DNA from: Auanema rhodensis
Taxonomy: Eukaryota; Animalia; Nematoda
DNA: 64,000 bases
Assembly: GCA_964057225.1 (NCBI GenBank)
Contig: OZ059894.1
Coordinates: 5,146,001-5,210,000, forward strand
Direction: 5' to 3'
Made by a program: the position numbers and the translations under genes. Positions 14,401-27,400 of the stretch are shown here, one piece after another. Each line of letters opens with the position of its first letter. Positions within the stretch are counted from its first letter, which is position 1. The notes below the pieces were generated by a model. That model worked only from the letters and a program-made list of their open reading frames with translations. It searched no databases and was not told the origin of the DNA.

Positions 14401-17400
14401 TAACCATGACTTTCAAATTTACGTGTACTTCAATTTATGCTTATTAAGTGTACACGTGATGTGCACTTGGTATGTAACTCGCTTCACGTGAAAGATAAAG
14501 GGATGCGGTTTCCAAAATTAGATTCCCGATGTCCATATTAGTCTAAAAACAAATTTTTATTGATATTGGTGCATGGTAACCATGACTTTAAAATTTACGT
14601 GAACTTTAATTTATGCTGATTAAGTGAACACATGATTTGCACTTGGTATGTAACTCGCTTCACGTGAAAGATAAAGAGATGCGGTTTTCAAAATTAGATT
14701 CCCCATGTCCATATTAGTCTAAAAACAAATTTTTATTAATATTGGTGCATGGTAACCATGACTTTAAAATTTACGTGAACTTCAATTTATGCTAATTAAG
14801 TGTACACGTGATGTGCACTTGGTACGTAACTCGCTTCAAGTCAAAGATAAAGAGATGCGGTTTTCAAAATTAGATTTCCCATGTCCATATTAGTCTAAAA
14901 ACAAATTTTTATTGATATTGGTGGATGGTAACCATGACTTTCAAATTTACGTGAACTTTAATTTATGCTAATTAAGTGTACACATGATGTGCACTTGGTA
15001 TGTAACTCGCTTCAAGTCAAAGATAAAGAGATGCGGTTTTCAAAATTAGATTCCCCATGTCCATATTAGTCTAAAAACAAATTTTTATTAATATTGGTGC
15101 ATGGTAACCATGACTTTGAAATTTACGTGAACTTTAATTTATGCTAATTAAGTGTACACGTGATGTGCACTTGGTATGTAACTAGCTTCAAGTCAAAGAT
15201 AAAGAGATGCGGTTTTCAAAATTAGATTTCGCATGTCCATATTAGTCTAAAAACAAATTTTTGTTGATATTGGTGGATGGTAACCATGACTTTCAAATTT
15301 ACGTGTACTTCAATTTATGCTAATTAAGTGTACACGTGATGTGCACTTGGTATGTAACTCGCTTCACGTCAAAGATAAAGAGATGCGGTTTTCAAAATTA
15401 GATTCCCGATGTCCATATTAGTCTAAAAACATATTTTTATTAATATTGGTGGATGGTAACCATGACTTTAAAATTTACGTGAACTTTAATTTATGCTAAT
15501 TAAGTGTACACGTGATGTGCACTTGGTATGTAACTCGCTTCAAGTGAAAGATAAAGAGATGCGGTTTTCAAAATTAGATTTCGCATGTCCATATTAGTCT
15601 AAAAACAAATTTTTATTGATATTGGTTCATGGTAACCATGACTTTAAAATTTACGTGAACTTTAATTTATGCTAATTAAGTGAACACATGATGTGCACTT
15701 GGTATGTAACTCGCTTCACGTGAAAGATGAATAGATGCGGTTTCCAAAATTAGATTCCTCATGTCCATATTAGTCTAAAAACAAATTTTTGTTGATATTG
15801 GTGGATGGTAACCATGACTTTCAAATTTACGTGAACTTTAATTTATGCTAATTAAGTGTACACATGATGTGCACTTGGTACGTAATTCGCTTCAAGTCAA
15901 AGATAAAGAGATGCGGTTTTCAAAATTAGATTCCCCATGTCCATATTAGTCTAAAAACAAATTTTTGTTGATATTGGTGGATGGTAACCATGACTTTCAA
16001 ATTTACGTGAACTTCAATTTATGCTAATTAAGTGTACACGTGATGTGCACTTGGTATGTAACTCGCTTCAAGTGAAAGATAAAGAGATGCGGTTTCCAAA
16101 ATTAGATTCCTCATGTCCATATTAGTCTAAAAACAAATTTTTGTTGATATTGGTGGATGGTAACCATGACTTTCAAATTTACGTGTACTTCAATTTATGC
16201 TTATTAAGTGTACACGTGATGTGCACTTGGTATGTAACTCGCTTCACGTGAAAGATAAAGGGATGCGGTTTCCAAAATTAGATTCCCGATGTCCATATTA
16301 GTCTAAAAACAAATTTTTATTGATATTGGTGCATGGTAACCATGACTTTGAAATTTACGTAAACTTTAATTTATGCTAATTAAGTGTACACGTGATGTGC
16401 ACTTGGTATGTAACTCGCTTCACGTGAAAGATAAAGGGATGCGGTTTCCAAAATTAGATTCCCGATGTCCATATTAGTCTAAAAACAAATTTTTATTGAT
16501 ATTGGTGCATGGTAACCATGACTTTGAAATTTACGTAAACTTTAATTTATGCTAATTAAGTGTACACGTGATGTGCACTTGGTACGTAATTCGCTTCAAG
16601 TCAAAGATAAAGAGATGCGGTTTTCAAAATTAGATTTCGCATGTCCATATTAGTCTAAAAACAAATTTTTATTGATATTGGTGCATGGTAACCATGACTT
16701 TAAAATTTACGTGAACTTTAATTTATGCTAATTAAGTGAACACATGATGTGCACTTGGTATGTAACTCGCTTCACGTGAAAGATAAAGAGATGCGGTTTT
16801 CAAAATTAGATTCCTCATGTCCATATTAGTCTAAAAACGAATTTTTATTGATATTGATGCATGGTAACCATGACTTTGAAATTTACGTGAACTTTAATTT
16901 ATGCTTATTAAGTGTACACGTGATGTGCACTTGGTATGTAACTCGCTTCACGTGAAAGATAAAGGGATGCGGTTTTCAAAATTAGATTCCTCATGTCCAT
17001 ATTAGTCTAAAAACAAATTTTTGTTGATATTGGTGGATGGTAACCATGACTTTCAAATTTACGTGTACTTCAATTTATGCTAATTAAGTGTACACGTGAT
17101 GTGCACTTGGTATGTAACTCGCTTCACGTCAAAGATAAAGAGATGCGGTTTTCAAAATTAGATTCCCGATGTCCATATTAGTCTAAAAACAAATTTTTGT
17201 TGATATTGGTGGATGGTAACCATGACTTTCAAATTTACGTGAACTTCAATTTATGCTAATTAAGTGTACACGTGATGTGCACTTGGTACGTAACTCGCTT
17301 CAAGTCAAAGATAAAGAGATGCGGTTTTCAAAATTAGATTTCCCATGTCCATATTAGTCTAAAAACAAATTTTTATTAATATTGGTGCATGGTAACCATG

Positions 17401-20400
17401 ACTTTAAAATTTACGTGAACTTTAATTTATGCTAATTAAGTGTACACGTGATGTGCACTTGGTATGTAACTCGCTTCAAGTGAAAGATAAAGAGATGCGG
17501 TTTTCAAAATTAGATTTCGCATGTCCATATTAGTCTAAAAACAAATTTTTATTGATATTGGTGCATGGTAACCATGACTTTAAAATTTACGTGAACTTTA
17601 ATTTATGCTGATTAAGTGAACACATGATTTGCACTTGGTATGTAACTCGCTTCACGTGAAAGATAAAGAGATGCGGTTTTCAAAATTAGATTCCTCATGT
17701 CCATATTAGTCTAAAAACAAATTTTTGTTGATATTGGTGGATGGTAACCATGACTTTCAAATTTACGTGTACTTCAATTTATGCTAATTAAGTGTACACG
17801 TGATGTGCACTTGGTATGTAACTCGCTTCAAGTCAAAGATAAAGAGATGCGGTTTTCAAAATTAGATTTCGCATGTCCATATTAGTCTAAAAACAAATTT
17901 TTATTGATATTGATGCATGGTAACCATGACTTTCAAATTTACGTGTACTTCAATTTATGCTAATTAAGTGTACACGTGATGTGCACTTGGTATGTAACTC
18001 GCTTCACGTCAAAGATGAAGAGATGCGGTTTTCAAAATTAGATTCCCGATGTCCATATTAGTCTAAAAACAAATTTTTGTTGATATTGGTGGATGGTAAC
18101 CATGACTTTCAAATTTACGTGAACTTCAATTTATGCTAATTAAGTGTACACGTGATGTGCACTTGGTACGTAATTCGCTTCAAGTCAAAGATAAAGAGAT
18201 GCGGTTTTCAAAATTAGATTTCGCATGTCCATATCAGTCTAAAAACGAATTTTTATTGATATTGATGCATGGTAACCATGACTTTGAAATTTACGTGAAC
18301 TTTAATTTATGCTTATTAAGTGTACACGTGATGTGCACTTGGTATGTGACTCGCTTCACGTGAAAGATAAAGGGATGCGGTTTCCAAAATTAGATTCCTC
18401 ATGTCCATATTAGTCTAAAAACAAATTTTTGTTGATATTGGTGGATGGTAACCATGACTTTCAAATTTACGTGTACTTCAATTTATGCTAATTAAGTGTA
18501 CACGTGATGTGCACTTGGTATGTAACTCGCTTCACGTCAAAGATAAAGAGATGCGGTTTTCAAAATTAGATTCCCGATGTCCATATTAGTCTAAAAACAA
18601 ATTTTTATTGATATTGGTGCATGGTAACCATGACTTTGAAATTTACGTGAACTTTAATTTATGCTAATTAAGTGTACACGTGATGTGCACTTGGTATGTA
18701 ACTCGCTTCACGTGAAAGATAAAGAGATGCGGTTTTCAAAATTAGATTCCCGATGTCCATATTAGTCTAAAAACAAATTTTTATTGATATTGGTGCATGG
18801 TAACCATGACTTTGAAATTTACGTGAACTTTAATTTATGCTAATTAAGTGTACACGTGATGTGCACTTGGTATGTAACTCGCTTCACGTCAAAGATGAAG
18901 AGATGCGGTTTTCAAAATTAGATTCCCCATGTCCATATTAGTCTAAAAACAAATTTTTGTTGATATTGGTGGATGGTAACCATGACTTTCAAATTTACGT
19001 GAACTTCAATTTATGCTAATTAAGTGTACACGTGATGTGCACTTGGTATGTAACTCGCTTCAAGTCAAAGATAAAGAGATGCGGTTTTCAAAATTAGATT
19101 CCCGATGTCCATATTAGTCTAAAAACAAATTTTTATTGATATTGGTGCATGGTAACCATGACTTTGAAATTTACGTGAACTTTAATTTATGCTAATTAAG
19201 TGTACACGTGATGTGCACTTGGTATGTAACTCGCTTCACGTGAAAGATAAAGAGATGCGGTTTTCAAAATTAGATTCCCGATGTCCATATTAGTCTAAAA
19301 ACAAATTTTTATTGATATTGGTGCATGGTAACCATGACTTTGAAATTTACGTGAACTTTAATTTATGCTAATTAAGTGTACACGTGATGTGCACTTGGTA
19401 TGTAACTCGCTTCACGTCAAAGATGAAGAGATGCGGTTTTCAAAATTAGATTCCCCATGTCCATATTAGTCTAAAAACAAATTTTTGTTGATATTGGTGG
19501 ATGGTAACCATGACTTTCAAATTTACGTGAACTTCAATTTATGCTAATTAAGTGTACACGTGATGTGCACTTGGTATGTAACTCGCTTCAAGTCAAAGAT
19601 AAAGAGATGCGGTTTTCAAAATTAGATTCCCCATGTCCATATTAGTCTAAAAACAAATTTTTATTAATATTGGTGCATGGTAACCATGACTTTGAAATTT
19701 ACGTGAACTTTAATTTATGCTAATTAAGTGTACACGTGATGTGCACTTGGTATGTAACTCGCTTCAAGTCAAAGATAAAGAGATGCGGTTTTCAAAATTA
19801 GATTTCGCATGTCCATATTAGTCTAAAAACAAATTTTTGTTGATATTGGTGGATGGTAACCATGACTTTCAAATTTACGTGTACTTCAATTTATGCTAAT
19901 TAAGTGTACACGTGATGTGCACTTGGTATGTAACTCGCTTCACGTCAAAGATAAAGAGATGCGGTTTTCAAAATTAGATTCCCGATGTCCATATTAGTCT
20001 AAAAACATATTTTTATTAATATTGGTGGATGGTAACCATGACTTTAAAATTTACGTGAACTTTAATTTATGCTAATTAAGTGTACACGTGATGTGCACTT
20101 GGTATGTAACTCGCTTCAAGTGAAAGATAAAGAGATGCGGTTTTCAAAATTAGATTTCGCATGTCCATATTAGTCTAAAAACAAATTTTTATTGATATTG
20201 GTTCATGGTAACCATGACTTTAAAATTTACGTGAACTTTAATTTATGCTAATTAAGTGAACACATGATGTGCACTTGGTATGTAACTCGCTTCACGTGAA
20301 AGATGAATAGATGCGGTTTCCAAAATTAGATTCCTCATGTCCATATTAGTCTAAAAACAAATTTTTGTTGATATTGGTGGATGGTAACCATGACTTTCAA

Positions 20401-21069
20401 ATTTACGTGAACTTTAATTTATGCTAATTAAGTGTACACATGATGTGCACTTGGTATGTAACTCGCTTCACGTCAAAGATAAAGAGATGCGGTTTTCAAA
20501 ATTAGATTCCCCATGTCCATATTAGTCTAAAAACAAATTTTTATTAATATTGGTGCATGGTAACCATGACTTTAAAATTTACGTGAACTTTAATTTATGC
20601 TAATTAAGTGTACACATGATGTGCACTTGGTATGTAACTCGCTTCACGTCAAAGATAAAGAGATGCGGTTTTCAAAATTAGATTCCCCATGTCCATATTA
20701 GTCTAAAAACAAATTTTTGTTGATATTGGTGGATGGTAACCATGACTTTCAAATTTACGTGAACTTTAATTTATGCTAATTAAGTGTACACATGATGTGC
20801 ACTTGGTATGTAACTCGCTTCACGTCAAAGATAAAGAGATGCGGTTTTCAAAATTAGATTCCCCATGTCCATATTAGTCTAAAAACAAATTTTTATTAAT
20901 ATTGGTGCATGGTAACCATGACTTTAAAATTTACGTGAACTTCAATTTATGCTAATTAAGTGTACACGTGATGTGCACTTGGTACGTAACTCGCTTCAAG
21001 TCAAAGATAAAGAGATGCGGTTTTCAAAATTAGATTTCCCATGTCCATATTAGTCTAAAAACAAATTTT
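8459..21069 (+). repeat. ~4.7-kb block repeated at period 7920 bp (45 monomers): ~8459-13149 vs ~16379-21069
   Basis: Identical 76-aa ORF monomers at 10213/18133, AAAAACATAT at 12081/20001 and AGATGAATAG at 12381/20301. Only three differences were seen (9374/17294, 9504/17424, 10556/18476). Confidence 0.9.
12930..16010 (+). repeat. Block duplication, period 1760 bp (10 monomers)
   Basis: ACTAGCTT at 13421/15181 and AAAAACATAT at 13665/15425. The same motif at 12081 gives an additional 9-monomer (1584-bp) offset. Confidence 0.8.
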
Positions 21070-23224
21070 AATTAATATTGGTGCATGGTAACCATGACTT
21101 TAAAATTTACGTGAACTTTAATTTATGCTAGTTAAGTGTACACGTGATGTGCACTTGGTATGTAACTCGCTTCAAGTGAAAGATAAAGAGATGCGGTTTT
21201 CAAAATTAGATTTCCCATGTCCATATTAGTCTAAAAACAAATTTTTATTAATATTGGTGGATGGTAACCATGACTTTCAAATTTACGTGAACTTTAATTT
21301 ATGCTAATTAAGTGTACACATGATGTGCACTTGGTATGTAACTCGCTTCACGTCAAAGATAAAGAGATGCGGTTTTCAAAATTAGATTCCCCATGTCCAT
21401 ATTAGTCTAAAAACAAATTTTTATTAATATTGGTGCATGGTAACCATGACTTTAAAATTTACGTGAACTTTAATTTATGCTAGTTAAGTGTACACGTGAT
21501 GTGCACTTGGTATGTAACTCGCTTCACGTCAAAGATAAAGAGATGCGGTTTTCAAAATTAGATTCCCCATGTCTATATTAGTCTAAAAACAAATTTTTAT
21601 TAATATTGGTGCATGGTAACCATGACTTTAAAATTTACGTGAACTTTAATTTATGCTAATTAAGTGTACACATGATGTGCTCTTGGTATGTAACTCGCTT
21701 CACGTCAAAGATAAAGAGATGCGGTTTTCAAAATTAGATTCCCCATGTCCATATTAGTCTAAAAACAAATTTTTGTTGATATTGGTGGATGGTAACCATG
21801 ACTTTTAAATTTACGTGAACTTTAATTTATGCTAATTAAGTGTACACATGATGTGCACTTGGTATGTAACTCGCTTCACGTCAAAGATAAAGAGATGCGG
21901 TTTTCAAAATTAGATTCCCCATGTCCATATTAGTCTGAAAACAAATTTTTATTAATATTGGTGCATGGTAACCATGACTTTAAAATTTACGTGAACTTTA
22001 ATTTATGCTAATTAAGTGTACACATGATGTGCACTTGGTATGTAACTCGCTTCACGTGAAAGATGAAGAGATGCGGGTTCCAAAATTAGATTCCTCATGT
22101 CCATATCAGTCTAAAAACAAACTTTTATTGATATTGGTGCATGGTAACCATGACTTTGAAATTTACGTGAACTTTAATTTATGCTAATTAAGTGTACACG
22201 TGATGTGCACTTGGTATGTAACTCGCTTCACGTGAAAGATAAAGAGATGCGGTTTTCAAAATTAGATTCTTCATGTCCATATTAGTCTAAAAACGAATTT
22301 TTATTGATATTGGTGCATGGTAACCATGACTTTAAAATTTACGTGAACTTTAATTTATGCTAATTAAGTGTACACATGATGTGCACTTGGTATGTAACTC
22401 GCTTCACGTCAAAGATAAAGAGATGCGGTTTTCAAAATTAGATTCCCCATGTCCATATTAGTCTAAAAACAAACTTTTATTGATATTGGTGCATGGTAAC
22501 CATGACTTTGAAATTTACGTGAACTTTAATTTATGCTAATTAAGTGTACACGTGATGTGCACTTGGTATGTAACTCGCTTCACGTGAAAGATGAAGAGAT
22601 GCGGTTTCCAAAATTAGATTCCCCATGTCCATATTAGTCTAAAAACAAATTTTTGTTGATATTGGTGGATGGTAACCATGACTTTCAAATTTACGTGAAC
22701 TTCAATTTATGCTAATTAAGTGTACACGTGATGTGCACTTGGTACGTAACTCGCTTCAAGTCAAAGATAAAGAGATGCGGTTTTCAAAATTAGATTTCCC
22801 ATGTCCATATTAGTCTAAAAACAAATTTTTATTAATATTGGTGCATGGTAACCATGACTTTAAAATTTACGTGAACTTTAATTTATGCTAGTTAAGTGTA
22901 CACGTGATGTGCACTTTGTATGTAACTCGCTTCAAGTGAAAGATAAAGAGATGCGGTTTTCAAAATTAGATTTCGCATGTCCATATTAGTCTAAAAACAA
23001 ATTTTTATTGATATTGGTGCATGGTAACCATGACTTTAAAATTTACGTGAACTTTAATTTATGCTAATTAAGTGAACACATGATGTGCACTTGGTATGTA
23101 ACTGGCTTCACGTCGAAGATAAAGAGATGCGGTTTTCAAAATTAGATTCCCCATGTCCATATTAGTCTAAAAACAAATTTTTAATGATATTGGTGCATGG
23201 TAACCATGACTTTGAAATTTACGT

Positions 23225-23256
23225 GAACTTTAATTTATGCGAACTTTAATTTATGC
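23225..23256 (+). repeat. 16-bp tandem micro-duplication (GAACTTTAATTTATGC)x2, giving a 192-bp monomer; also at 24825, 28720 and 29440
   Basis: Read directly. The spacings of 1600 (9x176+16) and 720 (4x176+16) are consistent with it. Confidence 0.95.
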
Positions 23257-24489
23257 TTATTAAGTGTACACGTGATGTGCACTTGGTATGTAACTCGCTT
23301 CACGTGAAAGATAAAGAGATGCGGTTTTCAAAATTAGATTCTTCATGTCCATATTAGTCTAAAAACGAATTTTTATTGATATTGATGCATGGTAACCATG
23401 ACTTTGAAATTTACGTGAACTTTAATTTATGCTTATTAAGTGTACACGTGATGTGCACTTGGTATGTAACTCGCTTCACGTGAAAGATAAAGGGATGCGG
23501 TTTTCAAAATTAGATTCCTCATGTCCATATTAGTCTAAAAACAAATTTTTGTTGATATTGGTGGATGGTAACCATGACTTTCAAATTTACGTGTACTTCA
23601 ATTTATGCTAATTAAGTGTACACGTGATGTGCACTTGGTATGTAACTCGCTTCACGTCTAAGATAAAGAGATGCGGTTTTCAAAATTAGATTCCCGATGT
23701 CCATATTAGTCTAAAAACAAATTTTTGTTGATATTGGTGGATGGTAACCATGACTTTCAAATTTACGTGAACTTCAATTTATGCTAATTAAGTGTACACG
23801 TGATGTGCACTTGGTACGTAATTCGCTTCAAGTCAAAGATAAAGAGATGCGGTTTTCAAAATTAGATTCCCCATGTCCATATTAGTCTAAAAACAAACTT
23901 TTATTGATATTGGTGCATGGTAACCATGACTTTAAAATTTACGTGAACTTTAATTTATGCTAATTAAGTGAACACATGATGTGCACTTGGTATGTAACTG
24001 GCTTCACGTCGAAGATAAAGAGATGCGGTTTTCAAAATTAGATTCCCCATGTCCATATTAGTCTAAAAACAAACTTTTATTGATATTGGTGCATGGTAAC
24101 CATGACTTTGAAATTTACGTGAACTTTAATTTATGCTAATTAAGTGTACACGTGATGTGCACTTGGTATGTAACTCGCTTCACGTGAAAGATGAAGAGAT
24201 GCGGTTTCCAAAATTAGATTCCCCATGTCCATATTAGTCTAAAAACAAATTTTTGTTGATATTGGTGGATGGTAACCATGACTTTCAAATTTACGTGAAC
24301 TTCAATTTATGCTAATTAAGTGTACACGTGATGTGCACTTGGTACGTAACTCGCTTCAAGTCAAAGATAAAGAGATGCGGTTTTCAAAATTAGATTTCCC
24401 ATGTCCATATTAGTCTAAAAACAAATTTTTATTAATATTGGTGCATGGTAACCATGACTTTAAAATTTACGTGAACTTTAATTTATGCT

Positions 24490-27400
24490 AGTTAAGTGTA
24501 CACGTGATGTGCACTTTGTATGTAACTCGCTTCAAGTGAAAGATAAAGAGATGCGGTTTTCAAAATTAGATTTCGCATGTCCATATTAGTCTAAAAACAA
24601 ATTTTTATTGATATTGGTGCATGGTAACCATGACTTTAAAATTTACGTGAACTTTAATTTATGCTAATTAAGTGGACACATGATGTGCACTTGGTATGTA
24701 ACTGGCTTCACGTCGAAGATAAAGAGATGCGGTTTTCAAAATTAGATTCCCCATGTCCATATTAGTCTAAAAACAAATTTTTATTGATATTGGTGCATGG
24801 TAACCATGACTTTGAAATTTACGTGAACTTTAATTTATGCGAACTTTAATTTATGCTTATTAAGTGTACACGTGATGTGCACTTGGTATGTAACTCGCTT
24901 CACGTGAAAGATAAAGAGATGCGGTTTTCAAAATTAGATTCTTCATGTCCATATTAGTCTAAAAACGAATTTTTATTGATATTGATGCATGGTAACCATG
25001 ACTTTGAAATTTACGTGAACTTTAATTTATGCTTATTAAGTGTACACGTGATGTGCACTTGGTATGTAACTCGCTTCACGTGAAAGATAAAGGGATGCGG
25101 TTTTCAAAATTAGATTCCTCATGTCCATATTAGTCTAAAAACAAATTTTTGTTGATATTGGTGGATGGTAACCATGACTTTCAAATTTACGTGTACTTCA
25201 ATTTATGCTAATTAAGTGTACACGTGATGTGCACTTGGTATGTAACTCGCTTCACGTCTAAGATAAAGAGATGCGGTTTTCAAAATTAGATTCCCGATGT
25301 CCATATTAGTCTAAAAACAAATTTTTGTTGATATTGGTGGATGGTAACCATGACTTTCAAATTTACGTGAACTTCAATTTATGCTAATTAAGTGTACACG
25401 TGATGTGCACTTGGTACGTAATTCGCTTCAAGTCAAAGATAAAGAGATGCGGTTTTCAAAATTAGATTTCCCATGTCCATATTAGTCTAAAAACAAATTT
25501 TTATTAATATTGGTGCATGGTAACCATGACTTTAAAATTTACGTGAACTTCAATTTATGCTAATTAAGTGTACACGTGATGTGCACTTGGTATGTAACTC
25601 GCTTCAAGTGAAAGATAAAGAGATGCGGTTTTCAAAATTAGATTTCGCATGTCCATATTAGTCTTAAAACAAATTTTTATTGATATTAGTGCATGGTAAC
25701 CATGACTTTAAAATTTACGTGAACTTTAATTTATGCTAATTAAGTGAACACATGATGTGCACTTGGTATGTAACTCGCTTCACGTGAAAGATAAAGATTA
25801 GATTCCCCATGTCCATATAATTAGATTCCCCATGTCCATATTAGTCTAAAAACAAATTTTTGTTGATATTGGTGGATGGTAACCATGACTTTCAAATTTA
25901 CGTGAACTTCAATTTATGCTAATTAAGTGTACACGTGATGTGCACTTGGTACGTAACTCGCTTCAAGTCAAAGATAAAGAGATGCGGTTTTCAAAATTAG
26001 ATTTCCCATGTCCATATTAGTCTAAAAACAAATTTTTATTAATATTGGTGCATGGTAACCATGACTTTAAAATTTACGTGAACTTTAATTTATGCTAGTT
26101 AAGTGTACACGTGATGTGCACTTGCTATGTAACTCGCTTCAAGTGAAAGATAAAGAGATGCGGTTTTCAAAATTAGATTTCGCATGTCCATATTAGTCTA
26201 AAAACAAATTTTTATTGATATTGGTGCATGGTAACCATGACTTTAAAATTTACGTGAACTTTAATTTATGCTAATTAAGTGAACACATGATGTGCACTTG
26301 GTATGTAACTGGCTTCAGGTCGAAGATAAAGAGATGCGGTTTTCAAAATTAGATTCCCCATGTCCATATTAGTCTAAAAACAAATTTTTATTGATATTGG
26401 TGCATGGTAACCATGACTTTGAAATTTACGTGAACTTTAATTTATGCTAATTAAGTGTACACGTGATGTGCACTTGGTATGTAACTCGCTTCACGTGAAA
26501 GATGAAGAGATGCGGTTTTCAAAATTAGATTCCTCATGTCCATATTAGTCTAAAAACGAATTTTTATTGATATTGATGCATGGTAACCATGACTTTGAAA
26601 TTTACGTGAACTTTAATTTATGCTTATTAAGTGTACACGTGATGTGCACTTGGTCTGTAACTCGCTTCACGTGAAAGATAAAGAGATGCGGTTTTCAAAA
26701 TTAGATTCTTCATGTCCATATTAGTCTAAAAACGAATTTTTATTGATATTGATGCATGGTAACCATGACTTTGAAATTTACGTGAACTTTAATTTATGCT
26801 TATTAAGTGTACACGTGATGTGCACTTGGTATGTAACTCGCTTCACGTGAAAGATAAAGGGATGCGGTTCACAAAATTAGATTCCTCATGTCCATATTAG
26901 TCTAAAAACAAATTTTTGTTGATATTGGTGGATGGTAACCATGACTTTCAAATTTACGTGTACTTCAATTTATGCTAATTAAGTGTACACGTGATGTGCA
27001 CTTGGTATGTAACTCGCTTCACGTCTAAGATAAAGAGATGCGGTTTTCAAAATTAGATTCCCGATGTCCATATTAGTCTAAAAACAAAATTTTGTTGATA
27101 TTGGTGGATGGTAACCATGACTTTCAAATTTACGTGAACTTCAATTTATGCTAATTAAGTGTACACGTGATGTGCACTTGGTACGTAATTCGCTTCAAGT
27201 CAAAGATAAAGAGATGCGGTTTTCAAAATTAGATTTCCCATGTTCATATTAGTCTAAAAACAAATTTTTATTAATATTGGTGCATGGTAACCATGACTTT
27301 AAAATTTACGTGAACTTTAATTTATGCTAATTAAGTGTACACGTGATGTGCACTTGGTATGTAACTCGCTTCAAGTGAAAGATAAAGAGATGCGGTTTTC

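Noticed and set aside
22005-22187. 60-aa ORF (similar one at 32819-33001)
   Set aside because: These are single stop-loss variants (TAG>CAG, TAG>TGG) among ~360 monomers. One frame in six having only one internal stop over ~58 codons is not improbable, so there is no support for a coding origin.
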